DNA of 64,000 nt from Macrostomum lignano (Eukaryota). The position numbers were made by a program, and so were the translations under genes. Below, one piece after another: positions 1 to 13,500 of the stretch. The stretch covers positions 13,673-77,672 of the forward strand of contig NIVC01002754.1 in the NCBI GenBank assembly GCA_002269645.1, read 5' to 3'. Below the pieces are notes generated by a model, which saw nothing but the letters and a program-made list of their open reading frames with translations, did not search any database and was not told the DNA's origin. Position 1 is the stretch's first letter. The number at the start of each line of letters is the position of its first letter.

Positions 1-1190
1 CTTCACTCCATCCCCACACACTCTTCACTCTATCCCCACACACTCTTCACTCTATCCCCACACACTCTTCACTCTATCCCCCCACACTCTTCACTCCATC
101 CCCACACACTCTTCACTCTATCCCCACACACTCTTCACTCTATCCCCACAAATTCTTCATTCTATCTCCACACCCCCTTCACTCTATCCCCCCACACTCT
201 TCACTCTATCCCCACACACTCTTCACTCCATCCCCACACACTCTTCACTCTATCCCCCCACACTCTTCACTCAATCCCCACACACTTTTCACTCTATCCC
301 CCCACACTCTTCACTCTATCCCCACACACTCTTCACTCTATCCCCCCACACTCTTCACTCCATCCCCACACACTCTTCACTCTATCCCCACACACTCTTC
401 ACTCTATCCCCACAAATTCTTCATTCTATCTCCACACCCCCTTCACTCTATCCCCCCACACTCTTCACTCTATCCCCACACACTCTTCACTCCATCCCCA
501 CACACTCTTCACTCTATCCCCCCACACTCTTCACTCAATCCCCACACACTTTTCACTCTATCCCCCCACACATTCTTCATTCTATCCCTAAACATTCTTC
601 ACTCTATCCCCACACATTCTTCACTCTATCCCCACACACTCTTCACTCTATCCCCCCACACTCTTCACTCAATCCCCACACACTTTTCACTCTATCCCCC
701 CACACATTCTTCATTCTATCTCCACACATTCTTGCCTCTTTCCCCACACATTCTTCACTCTATCCCCACATATTCTTCATTCTATCTCCACATCCCCTTC
801 ACTCTATCCCCCCACACTCTTCACTCTATCCCCCCACACATTCTTCATTCTATCCCTACACATTCTTCACTCTATCCCCACACATTCTTCACTCTATCCC
901 CACACACTCTTCACTCTATCCCCACACATTCTTCACTCTATCCCCACACATTCTTCACTCTATCCCTACATATTCTTCACTCTATCCCCCCACACTCTTC
1001 ATTCTATCTCCACACATTCTTCCCTCTCTCCCCACACATTCTTCACTCTATCCCCACACATTCTTCACTCTATCCCCACACATTCTTCACTCTATCCCCA
1101 CACATTCTTCACTATATCCCCACACATTCTTCACTCTACCCACACACTCTTCACTCCATCCCCACACACTCTTCACTCCATCCCCACACC
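1..1190. repeat. Minisatellite, 21-23-bp unit (CTTCACTCTATCCCC(C)ACACA(C/T)T)n, truncated by window start
   Basis: Unit read directly, ~50 copies; ORF 732..1265 is its translation. Confidence 0.95.
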
Positions 1191-1278
1191 CTACATTCCA
1201 TCGCCACGCCCTCCATCCAACTTAATTATTTTATCCCTTGGTTTGTGTCTAATCTAAAGACTTAAAAGGGATAAATAC

Positions 1279-4200
1279 TCACTGATCCTCAAAGAACCAT
1301 GGACTTTTGGGCCTCTGCGGTGAGGCCGGGTTGGTGCCGTTCCCGTTTGCCGCGTTGCCATTGGTTACGCCGTTGTCTGGCGATGGCAACTCCGAAAAGT
1401 CCTTCTGCGACGGCGCAGTGGCCTGACTTTTCGGTCCGTAGCCGCCCAGCTGCTGCTCGTAAAATTTCACCGGCAGTTTAAGGGCGTCAAGAGCGCGCTG
1501 AAGGGTTGAAGTTTGGGACAGGTCGCATCATTGGGGGCGCTGCTTCATTTCATTTTCCACTCTTTTTCTTAAATCCTGGACGCCAGCACCAGAGGCGCCA
1601 CCACCAGGGGCGCCAGCACCAGGGGCGCCAGCACCAGGGGGCGCCAGCACCAGGGGCGCCAGCACCAGGGGCGCCAGCACCAGGGGCGCCAGCACTAAGG
1701 GCTTTAGAAAAAGGGGCTTTAGCACCAGGGGCTTTAGCACCAGGGGCTTTAGCACCAGGGGCTTTAGCACCAGGGGCTTTAGCACCAGGGGCTTTAGCAC
1801 CAGGGGCTTTAGCACCAGGGGCTTTAGCACCAGGGGCTTTAGCACCAAGGGGTTTTAGTATGCTGTTGGTCTGAAACAATAACTTCGTCCTACTGAAGCA
1901 GATAAAAAGTATTTCTTAAACAGATACGATACACCAAACTCACCAAGTGCTGCACGTATTTAATCAGAACAATAAGCGCTACTAACAATACTACTGGCAG
2001 TACGCATAGCAGTACAATAGCATAGACTGGAAAAGCCGAACTAGCTGGTGGAGCAGTAGTGGCTGACAACTGAGCTGTGGTGGCATCCAACCCTGAGCCA
2101 ACGAACAGCAGGTCCAAGTCGGTCCCGTATCCGGGCATGAGCGCACGCAGCAGTTGCTGCATTCTGGCGTCGCTGGCCCCGTCTGCAACCAGCAGCTCGC
2201 CGCGCAGACTTGTCAACCCGTCCGACGTTCGATTTTCAAATCGAATCGATCGGAAATCGCCTATTAGTGAGGCTAGTTCGGGCGAAGCTCTCACGGTGCC
2301 AGTGAGCAGGTAGTAAGCCTGACTAGCCAACGATTGAGCTGCTGACCCGTTAGGCGCCTTGCTCAACTGGGCATCGAAGGGCAGTTTAGGCAGACGCCAG
2401 CTGATCGCCACTGCTCGGGCCGCGGGCAGCACCGGGTCCTGACCGATGGGACAGACGCAGGTTGCGGCCTCAGCCTGGCGGCGTCTTCTTCTTCTGGTGT
2501 TTGGACAATTGTAAGCCGGAAACGATCCGGACATTGTGACGCTGAGCTTATAATTGCTGGCTGAGTCCGTTTTTGAACTCGGATTAATCACCACGTATCG
2601 AATGTCGATGCCGTATCTGTTCACAACCTCGTTTGTTGCGCAATATTTTGTGCCGACAGAAGTTCCCGGATAGATAATCTTGTTAAAAGGATTGTTTTCC
2701 ATTTTTTTACGCACATCCGCTGTAACCGTGGCCACGTTGCATCCTGTGCACGCGTTCGAAACGCACACCTATAGTTGTTAAAGAACCGCCTGGTTTAACC
2801 GATTCTATATGTACCTGTGGATGCTTAAGTACATTTGTAATACAAAATGAATCAATTGACTAAGAACAAGAGGCCCTTAAGTAGGGGTTAATTTAGTAGG
2901 TGAAAATGTTTGTAAACGTTATAGAAATCATTATTAAAACCTTAAAGCGTTATATAGCCCAGCGGTCTAGCGAATCTTGGCTTGGCTCTGCTTGTGCAAT
3001 TATAACGGGTTTGAGGGCCAACCCCCAAGGCACAGCTAGTGAAGTGTACATGCCTAACGATAGATAAAGTCAAGGCCGCTGTACACTCGTGTAAGTGTGT
3101 GTCTGTGTGTGTGTGACTGTGTACGACTGCGTGCGAATGTGCCTGCTCAGGGGAGTCGGCGGAATGGGCAGTAATGCCCCACGCCGGTTGTGTGACAATG
3201 TCGCTTAAAGTGCGCCAGGGTGCACACAGCCCCTGCCTTTAATTAAAAATTTTACAAAAACTTTCATCTCTTATATAGGGCTTTTGTAAACTGGATGCAT
3301 CACTATCAACAAAATAGTATTCAATAATTCTACGAGCGTAATACTTCAAAGTAGACAAATCTCACCATAGTGATTTGCGGATATCCTCTGCAGATAGCAT
3401 TGGTTGGACCAATTCTAGTGTCGAGGACAACTTGACTGTCTGATTGATCTGGCACGGTAAACGCGGACGTACTAGCCTCAAATGTGTAGCCAGTTGTTGA
3501 CAATTGAAATGCGTTCACAACGAAAACTTTTGATAAAGAATCGTCCGTGATATTTGTGAAGGCTGGAATCGAAACGTTTTTTTGGAATTAGTTGGAATGC
3601 CTAATTATCATGAAAAAATGTGCGCTTAGTTTTATATCTAGACTAACCAGCTGGAGTTGTTGGTGGGATTGTAGTAACAGTCGATGGTGCAGCAGTCGAT
3701 GGTGCAGCAGTCGATGGTGCAACAGTCGATGGTGCAACAGTCGATGGTGCAACAGTCGATGGTACAACAGTCGTTGGTGCAGCAGTCGATGGTACAACAG
3801 TCGTTGGTGCAGCAGTCGTTGGTGCAGCAGTCGATGGTGCAACAGTCGTTGGTGCAGCAGTCGATGGTGCAGCAGTCGTTGGTGCAGCAGTCGTTGGTGC
3901 AGCAGTCGTTGGTGCAGCAGTCGTTGGTGCAGCAGTCGTTGGTGCAACAGTCGTTGGTGCAACAGTCGTTGGTGCAACAGTCGTTGGTGCAACAGTCGTT
4001 GGTGCAGCAGTCGTTGGTGCAACAGTCGTTGGTGCAACAGTCGTTGGTGCAGCAGTCGTTGGTGCAGCAGTCGTTGGTGCAACAGTCGTTGGTGCAGCAG
4101 TCGTTGGTGCAGCAGTCGTTGGTGCAACAGTCGTTGGTGCAACAGTCGTTGGTGCAACAGTAGTTGGTGCAACAGTCGTTGGTGCAGCAGTCGTTGGTGC

Positions 4201-7200
4201 AGCAGTCGATGGTGTAGCAGTCGTTGGTGCAACAGTCGTTTGCTCAAAAGTCGATGGTGCGACAGTCGTTGGTGCAACAGTTGATGCAGAACCTACAATA
4301 TTTTTTAAGTGCTCCTTTGGAGTCAGGTTCACAATCGAGGACTTTACTGCAATCCACTACTTTTACTGTGATAGGCGTGCAATTAAGACAACATGTAATC
4401 ATGAACTGTTAGTGAAGTGACAAAATTAATTAACTTTATATGAAGCTAATCCTTTCCTGACTCATTATACAACTGGTTTCACTTAGAAAACCCTGGATTA
4501 CCTAAATCTGTTGCTCCACCTGTAACAACTCCAATTGATGCAGTCGTGGCGCTGCCTCCGGCTCCACCGGTGCCTCCTCCAGGCACTGTCGTAGGGGTGC
4601 CTCCAGCTCCACCGGTGCCTCCTCCAGGCACTGTCGTAGGGGTGCCTCCGGCTCCACCGGTGCCTCCTCCAGGCACTGTCGTAGCGGTGCCTCCAGCTCC
4701 ACCGGTGCCTCCTCCAGGCACTGTCGTAGGGGTGCCTCCGGCTCCACCGATGCCTCCTCCAGGTATTGTCGTAGCGGTGCCTCCAGCTCCTCCGGTGCCT
4801 CCAGGTACTGTCGTAGGGGTGCCTCCGGCTCCACCGGTGCCTCCTCCAGGCACTGTCGTAGCAGTGCCTCCAGCTCCACCGGTGCCTCCTCCAGGCACTG
4901 TCGTAGGGGTGCCTCCGGCTCCACCGGTGCCTCCTCCAGGTATTGTCGTAGCGGTGCCTCCAGCTCCTCCGGTGCCTCCAGGTACTGTCGTAGCGGTGCC
5001 TCCGGCTCCACCGGTGCCTCCAGGTACTGTCGTAGCGGTGCCTCCAGCTCCTCCGGTGCCTCCTCCAGGTATTGTGGTAGCGGTGCCTCCAGGTACTGTC
5101 GTAGAGGTGCCTCCAGCTCCACCGGTGCCTCCAGGTACTGTCGTAGCGGTACCTCCAGCTCCACCGGTGCCTCCTCCAGGCACTGTCGTAGGGGTGCCTC
5201 CGGCTCCACCGGTGCCTCCTCCAGGCACTGTCGTAGCAGTGCCTCCAGCTCCACCGGTGCCTCCTCCAGGCACTGTCGTAGGGGTGCCTCCGGCTCCACC
5301 GGTGCCTCCAGGTATTGTCGTAGCGGTGCCTCCAGCTCCTCCGGTGCCTCCAGGTACTGTCGTAGCGGTGCCTCCGGCTCCACCGGTGCCTCCAGGTACT
5401 GTCGTAGCGGTGCCTCCAGCTCCTCCGGTGCCTCCTCCAGGTATTGTGGTAGCGGTGCCTCCAGGTACTGTCGTAGAGGTGCCTCCAGCTCCACCGGTGC
5501 CTCCAGGTACTGTCGTAGCGGTGCCTCCAGCTCCACCGGTTCCTCCTCCAGGTATTGTCGTAGCGGTGCCTCCAGCTCCACCGGTGCCTCCTCCAGGTAT
5601 TGTCGTAGCGGTGCCTCCTGCCCCTCCGGTGCCTTCAGGTACTGTCGTGGCGGTACCTCCGGCTCCACCGGTGCCTCCAGTTTCCCCGGTGCCTCCACGT
5701 ACTGTCGTAGCGGTGCCTCCGGCTCCATTGGTGCTTCCAGGTACTGTCGTAGAGGTTCCGCCGGCTCCACCGGTGCCTCCAGTTTCACCGGTGCCTCCTC
5801 CAGGTATTGTGGGATTGGTGCTTCCGGTTCCACCGGTGCCTCCAGTTTCACCGGTGCCTCCTCCAGGTGGTGTTGTCACTGACCCAGCGCTCATATCACT
5901 GGTGCTACGTGAACTAAGTGTGTTGGTTTCTGTGCCTGTTACAAGGTGTGCATGATGTTTTGCTAAGTGATAATATTTCGCTAATGTTGCAAAATTTGTG
6001 ACTATTTCGCTAGTGGGTTTGAGTCATTTTCGTCAAAAGTTAGTATTGCGTCGAAACAATTTAGACAATTGCTTCTTGTAAAGTGATGATCTTAGACTTA
6101 AAGCTTACCGGTGACAAGTTAATGTTTGATATATTCAGTGATGCTATACACAAGAGCTATATTTGGCTACAATTTTACATGTAAATTGCCTAGAGCAAAT
6201 CTGTCATTTTACGCAATGAATGCAGCCTCACCAAACACTGCAGATTTCGTTTCGCTTGAGCCTGCTCCGAAAGCTGTCGTGTCAGTGCCTCCAGCTCCAC
6301 CGGTGCCTCCTCCAGGTACTGTCGTGTCAGTGCCTCCAGCTCTACCGGTGCCTCCTCCAGGTGCAGTCGTGTCAGTGCCTCCAGCTCCACCGGTGCCTCC
6401 TCCAGGTACTGTCGTGTCAGTGCCTCCAGCTCCACCGGTGCCTCCTCCAGGTACTGTCGTGTCAGTGCCTCCAGCTCCACCGGTGCCTCCTCCAGGTACT
6501 GTCGTGTCAGTGCCTCCAGCTCCACCGGTGCCTCCTCCAGGTACTGTCGTGTCAGTGCCTCCAGCTCCACCGGTGCCTCCTCCAGGTACTGTCGTGTCAG
6601 TGTCTCCAGCTCCACCGGTGCCCCCTCCAGGTGCAGTCGTGACGGTGCCTCCGGATCCACCGGTATCTGTCCCACTTCCTCCTCCAGGTGCAGTCGTGTC
6701 AGTGCTTCCAGCTCCACCGGTGCCTCCTCCAGGTGCAGTCGTGGCGGTGCCTCCAGCTCCACCGGTGCCTCCTCCAGGTGCAGTCGTGGCGGTGCCTCCA
6801 GATTCATCGGTGCCTCCAGCTCCACCGGTGCCCCCTCCAGGTGCAGTCGTGACGGTGCCTCCGGATCCACCGGTATCTGTCCCACTTCCTCCTCCAGGTG
6901 CAGTCGTGTCAGTGCTTCCAGCTCCACCGGTGCCTCCTCCAGGTGCAGTCGTGGCGGTGCCTCCAGCTCCACCGGTGCCTCCTCCAGGTACTGTCGTGTC
7001 AGTGCCTCCAGCTCCACCGGTGCCTCCTCCAGGTACTGTCGTGTCAGTGCCTCCAGCTCCACCGGTGCCTCCTCCAGGTGCAGTCGTGACGGTGCCTCCG
7101 GATCCACCGGTTTCTGTCCCACTTCCTCCTCCAGGTGCAGTCGTGTCAGTGCTTCCAGCTCCACCGGTGCCTCCTCCAGGTGCAGTCGTGGCGGTGCCTC

Positions 7201-7806
7201 CAGCTCCACCGGTGCCTCCTCCAGGCGCAGTCGTGGCAGTGCCTCCAGATTCACCGGTGCCTCCTCCAGGTGCAGTCGTGGCGGTGCCTCCAGATTCACC
7301 GGTGCCTCCTCCAGGTGCAGTCGTAGCAGTGCCTCCAGTTCCACCGGTGCCTCCTCCAGGTACTGTCGTGTCAGTGCCTTTTGCGTAAAAACCGGGGCCT
7401 CCTCCAGGTACTGTCGTGTCAGTGCCTCCAGCTCCACCGGTGCCTCCTCCAGGTGCAGTCGTAGCAGTGCCTACAGCTCCACCGGTGCCTCCTCCAGGTG
7501 CAGTCGTAGCGGTACCTCCAGTTCCACCGGTGCCTCCACCCTGCAGAGTAGTCGCCGATGGCAAAGTGCTAAAGACGGTGGGCCCAGCTGTTGTCAAATA
7601 GATGGATGTCGAGGGATTGCAGACGCAGGTCCCAGTTGCAGTTGTCTGACCAGTGACACCTGTAAATGTTTCAAAATGAAAATTAACTCTTTTATTTTGC
7701 AAAGGACTTTGCAGTAATTTAAGCTGAGGCAAGCTAATACGTTACCTGTATTTTCCATAACCGTACTGGTAAGTATCAACAGGGCACATGTAATCAACCT
7801 GGTCAT
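1279..7806 (-). CDS. Type I transmembrane mucin-like glycoprotein, ~1,602 aa (signal peptide, Gly/Thr-rich repeats, PTTAA repeats, Cys-rich module, polybasic site, TM, cytoplasmic tail)
   Basis: Seven GT-AG exons with matching phases: 7806-7746 (MTRLITCALLILTSTVMENT, signal-peptide-like), 7659-6232, 5935-4502, 4292-3648, 3562-3366, 2768-1944, 1497-1279. Total 4,809 nt = 1,603 codons including stop. TM segment FPVYAIVLLCVLPVVLLVALIVLIKY; RRRRRR furin-type site. Confidence 0.88.
1583..1848. repeat. Intronic 15-bp minisatellite (GCCAGCACCAGGGGC then TTTAGCACCAGGGGC units)
   Basis: Direct reading; lies in the last intron (1498-1943) of the mucin gene; related unit inverted at 11534-11608. Confidence 0.9.
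2975..3235 (-). mobile_element. Interspersed SINE-like repeat copy (unclassified)
   Basis: Reverse complement aligns with 11330-11510: GTGTACAGCGGCC(T/C)TGACTTT, GGCATGTAC..TTCACT, CTG(T/C)GCCTTGGG..TTGGCCCT shared in the same order. Confidence 0.55.
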
Positions 7807-9699
7807 CAACCATATCCTCTACATGATTAAAAAAATGTACGCCTAAATTAACAAAGTTAAAGTATAATAGTAGATTTTTTTATTAACGAAACATGCAGAG
7901 CTCTATAATTATGCACCTTAAAAGTTATTGAGAGTTTCTGTTCTCGGTAGCTAGCAGTCTGTTTTACCGTAAGGTCTGTGTAATATACTATTCGACACAA
8001 GATGGCACGCCCTAGTGGATAGTGGCTATAGGCCAATACCCACCCACACGCACAGACACTACATGCCACAGAGAGAGAAATTGCTGCAATCTACAATAGA
8101 ACTATTAAATAACACTGCAGATGCCCAATCCGATGAAGTGCAGCAATTTCTCACATAACCCATGACAGTGGTGGAATATGACGGCTTTTTCGTGCAAATG
8201 CATGCATTTTTCTATTAACCTTCAATCCTGTTTGCTTTTAGGCGTGCCCAGACGACACTGGAGGGCGAACTGTGTGGGTTGAAGAGAAGAAATAGAAAAA
8301 CTACAAAAAAAGAGAAAAAAATCTTTAAACAAATTTGAGCTGAGTAATCATCTTGAGAAAAAATTTGAAGCCTGCTATACTTTGTACTGAATCCATGGAC
8401 AATAAAGGCAGTCGCTAAAACGTTGGTGGAAAAACTATGCTGCAGTTCTGACTATAAGATAGGAAAGAACAGAACCTACTGTTGTGCTTTCAAGGCGAGA
8501 TCAACACTGTCTAAAAATTATCTTTTAATTTCAATATTTGCATGAGTATAACCTACTGTCTGTAACTAAGCCATACTATTTCTATTGTGCTTGAAGGGTC
8601 GCCTTCTTAACTTCCATCTTCTCACCGCGTGCTTACTCACTGCGTGCTACTCTGTGTCCGCACTCTCTCCTCTCCGAGTCCGATCTCTACAATTTTTCTA
8701 TCCTTTCATCTGTGCAGCATCACAACAGAAAAAAAGTAATTTTCTGCAGCTTGAGAGAGCAGATTTGCAAACTGATAGCCAGCGGGGTGCTCGCTTCAAT
8801 GAATGAACCTGAGTATCTTTTCAGTTTTAAGAATGAAATGCAATTGTGTGGGTACTTGTGCCATCTGCTTGAAATGAATACCCTTCCTTCTTATAGTGAG
8901 CAAGTGGCTGAGTTATTTGCTTAATTTTGTTATTTCAAAAGCAAACCGCAAACTGATTCTTAAAATTATTTAATATTAAAAAAATTGTTGATTTGTTCAC
9001 CATTTTATATTCAAAATTAAAGTTTTCTACGATGGAGTGCGTGACGATTAAGGCGGGAGACTTTTTGTGTAGCGGATAATTTAATTTAGTTTGATTGAGT
9101 CAACGATCCAGATCAGCAGCCGCGATTTCACACTAGCGTAATGTACATTAGTACTTAATGAACTTTAATGCAATGGTCTCTGGTTGCGCTTTGCGAAAAC
9201 CGGTCGGGACCCTGTTGTTGATTGGTGGGCCGAGGTAGGCTCGAGGAAACATGATATCAATTGATAAACAAGCCTAGCTAATCCATCAGACAACCCCTTG
9301 AGACGCAATGTACAAATTAATCGATAAAATATCGTGCTAGAATACTGCGAAGTAAATTCATATGCATAGATAGGAACTACTTTGCGAGAAGTGACACAAT
9401 ATGCATGAAATACAAATAATATAATAAATACATGCGAGGCGACAAATAACTACAAATACAAAAGCAACATAAGCGTAACCTTAATACGTATTTGATATTG
9501 TTAAAATGAATGAATGATTACAAGTAGTATGGTATGCGTGCGAAATGCGATCTTACAGTAAAATTTGAAGCGCATAATTGACTTAGTCAGTTTTTTATGG
9601 ATCTTGTTTGCAGCATGCAAGTACGACCGAAATTTTGCTGAGTAAAGTGCTTTGATTTTTTTATTATTGACAATCATGAGTGTGCAATCGAAAGAAGAC

Positions 9700-9800
9700 C
9701 AAAGGCACAGAATGCTCAAGCGATGGGAAAAGTATGTTGTTACAGGTGGAGACTATGTTGAGAAGGCTGCCTTGAAGGTTGCTAATGATGATGAATGACT
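9700..9800 (+). mobile_element. Possible mariner transposase C-terminal relic
   Basis: Translates to MLKRWEKYVVTGGDYVEK, matching the mariner C-terminal RW(E/Q)K..x..GDY.EK pattern; no upstream ORF or TIR pair found. Confidence 0.45.
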
Positions 9801-10578
9801 ACAATTCATTTCTTAAAAGGAAAAAACATCGCCTTTTGTATTTTTTAAACTCTTACTGTAAGACTATTCATGCATAACTTTTGAATGAAATGACCAAAAT
9901 ACACGCGACTGAATTCATTGGAAAGAAGAGATTTGCCGCTTTGAAATGACACCAAAGTTGTGCTTGTAGAGCTGCTACTGTCTTGCTCTGGGATTAAAAG
10001 TGTCAGAACCAGTGTCAGAACCACTGTTTAGTACTTTTAGTAGCAATTAGTACATGTAGGTGCTGCCACTATACTATGACAATTCACGGCGAAAATCTAA
10101 ATTGTGACTCCGTTTGCTCAAACTAAGCCTGAGGATTCTTCTTTGATACCAGAACAAAAAACGAATTCGAAAAAGTTTCGCCTCAAGTGCATGTCATCGT
10201 ATGAAATAAAAAAGGCAAAAACTGAAACAAGTATATTTTAATTAAAGTCAGTAACCTAATGCTTTAAAAAAATTATTTACATGCTTTATATAGTAAACGG
10301 AATAGTAAATATGATAGTTGTTAATATAGTTTCGCGAAAACTAGTCAATTATTTTCGCACAGCGATATTATAAAAATGAACTACAGGTAAAAAAGACTTG
10401 CTCTATATCTAAGCAATTGAAGGTGAAAAAGTTTGGAAGTAGAATATTTATAGCTACTGTTAAAACGAGCCGTTTTTAAATTGAAACAAGTGTTTTTTGA
10501 TACTGCAAGCTTATTTCTGAGTTGAGCTCTACTATAATCTACAATAACTAGTTGATTAAAAAGTAACACGAACAAACG

Positions 10579-13500
10579 TCACGATCTAGTAACAATATAT
10601 CGTCCGCCCGAACCAGAATGTACTTTTGCCTCTTTTCGACTCGGCGATTGCTCGCGTCGACGACTGCTGTGACTTTTGCGCGATTTTACCTGCGACATTT
10701 TTAAAGATGACAAAAGTGCATATAAGCATGGTATGATGATAGTCCCTAGTAGAGTCTCTCCTGGAATTATGATTAATTTCAAGTTCTAATTAACTGATGA
10801 AGCCACCTAACTACAAACGCATGCTAACTTCATGCAGAAGAAAATAAATCGTCCGTAAAAGTATCAAAAAGTGTACTTTGAAGCAAAATTTGGCCTTGAA
10901 TGAATCCAACACTATCTGTTGCAGCATAGCCCCCAAGGAAGGCCTGAACTGGCTAGTCTAATATACTAAAAATTTTCTAATAACCTTTTCATCCGATTTC
11001 GTTCTAGCCGATCGCAAACCCCGCCGAGTCGGCGACATGTCGATCAGGTTGCGTCGTTCCAGCTCGGCAAGCGACTGTCTCAGGGCGGCTACAGTTGATG
11101 CAGCAGTTTCTGGAATTCTTTTATCGACTGCAGACGCAATTGCTGCGGAAGACCTTGATTGCTTCTTAACGTTTGCCTGCTTTGACTTGATGTCTTCAAA
11201 TCGATTGGGAGATCTGCGACGACGCGGCGAACTTTCGTTGCTAGGCGGATGTGGAATGGACTTTTACATATGTAGTTATACGAGGTAGTTACTTATTAAA
11301 CTTATTCCCATTGAGGCTCCACATTCCTGGGGGCAATGTGGATGCAGGAAGTCACGCCCGGCCACCGTTCCACCGACCCCTAAGCCGGAACACGCTCATA
11401 CAGGGTGTACAGCGGCCCTGACTTTCTGAACGTCACTACTGGCATGTACGAGTTCACTGCGCCTTGGGTATTGGCCCTTATGGGCCCGCACGAAAGCCAA
11501 TTTAATGTGCATGAGCCCCAAACGATTGTGGCTGGTGCTAAAGCCCCTTGGTGCTAAAGCCCCTTGGTGCTAAAGCCCCTTGGTGCTAAAGCCCCTTGGT
11601 GCTAAAGCCAAAAAGACGCTCCCTTTAACCACCGATAAAAAACGAGACTGCATACAGCTTTAATTTTATCTCCGTAAAATGCCGTCAGCTGACAAACAAC
11701 AAAGATGTAAACACGCATACTCCGCCAGACACTCACCTTCCAGCAACTCTCAGCCAATCACAATCAGCTGCCATCTCGCTCTGCTGCTTCGCCTTGAGCC
11801 GGAAATTCTCAGTCAGCAATTCGTCAACTCGACTGTTCGCCTCGGCAAGTCGAGCCCTAAGCCAGTCGGCCTCGCGTCGGCTCTCCGCCAACAGTGCGGC
11901 CAGCTCAGCCAGCTGACCATGCAGGTGAACTGATCGCCATTCGTCGCCAGAATCGACAACAGAACTGGTTAGCTGGCGAGGTGGTTCGATTTGTTCTGCC
12001 TCGGGAGCTTGATAGTGCAACAACTGTTGCTGATGTTTTTTAAGACGATTCAAATCTTCTTGCTGCGATTCTAAATAGCAGCTGTGTCTAGATAAGTGTA
12101 CAGGACTGGCAGCAGGTCCAATATCGCTTGAATCTCTAAGCTGAAAACAGTGCACAGTGCAAATTTACGTTTTAAATTTTAGCACTTTCTACTCACAGTC
12201 AAAGGTGATCATATTCGATACTTGTTGATAGAGTTTACCCAATGAAAACGATACTTAGACCAAGAAGTGTCCCGGAGTCTGAGTGTAAGTCGACGTCACG
12301 ATGTAAGTCGCCAAACCTATTGTAGATGGCCTAGAGTCACTAGATGGCCTAGAGTCCCTAGATGGCCTAGAGTCACTATAGTGAGTTGTTTGCACTGACT
12401 TTAGTCACGGTCTTTTCACGGTAAAACACGAAGTTTGACACATACGGATGAACATTAGTAACAAAGGAAAACTACTTCATAGATTAATTAAAGTCTTCCG
12501 CTAATAACTGCTTTTAACTTACAGAAAGTGCATTTCTCGCCTCTTTCGCAGTCTCATCCTTTTCCCAAGGAACAACAACTTCTATGGTAATTTATCGGTT
12601 GTAGGAGGACTGAGAACCATTTCTCAGTCCCCAAACGAGGCCTGAGAAATAGTTATCAGTCCTGCTATAAACAGTTGTATTTAACAAATGTAAACCAACA
12701 ACAGGAAGTTCAAATAGTAAGATTTAGAAGCGTCTTGTAAGCACTCACTCGAAAATGATTTCAACGGTGTTGGTGTTACCATTGATTTTAAGCCTCATTT
12801 TCTTTGCAGGATTAGCACTCACTACGTTACTTTGTTCCATAGCTTCAACAGAGCGTTCAGGCTCGGTGTCAATAGACAGACTTGATGACTGACCACCAGA
12901 TTGAAGAGCATGCGATACTTTAACATGGTCTTGTACGTCAAACTGAATATAGCGCTCAATAGCTGTCGAAGAGTGTCCTGTAACACGAGCGATGTCCTCT
13001 CTAGCAAAGCCAGCACGGTGTAGAGTACTTGCACAAGTCTTGCGTAGAGACTGATTAGTGTACCTTTCAGTCACTCCAGTTAGGGGAGCCGTTAATTCAC
13101 GAACAATACCGTCCAAGCTGTGCTGGCCGACAGGTGCATTTTGGTACCACCTGCCTTGCTGGATGCTGGCATCGCTACGCATCCAAGCCAGGAACAAATT
13201 CTGAACCGTACAGTTTTCCGGTCTTTTGTCCACATACAGCTTGTAGATGCAGGGTAGACATCTATCATGATCAGCAGTATGAGATGCTTTAACGGTTTTC
13301 AATGGAACAAAACGTCGCTTTATGCCAGCATTGTTGGTCTTCGTGGCTCTGTTCTCACAGTAAACTAGAAGTTCTTGACCGTCTTCATGCTGCAACTGGA
13401 TCTCACAGCTATATCTCAGACCATGCAGCTCCGTGCCTCCATGCAAAGCGAACTGCTTGCCAAGGTAGAACACAAGCGCAAACAGCAGTAATTTCGGCGA

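Noticed and set aside
3588-7437. Alternative-frame ORFs over the mucin repeats (VPPAPP, LEAP, QQSLV, HQRLL)
   Set aside because: Only the minus-strand Gly/Thr and PTT frame joins a signal peptide and TM through phase-matched splice sites.
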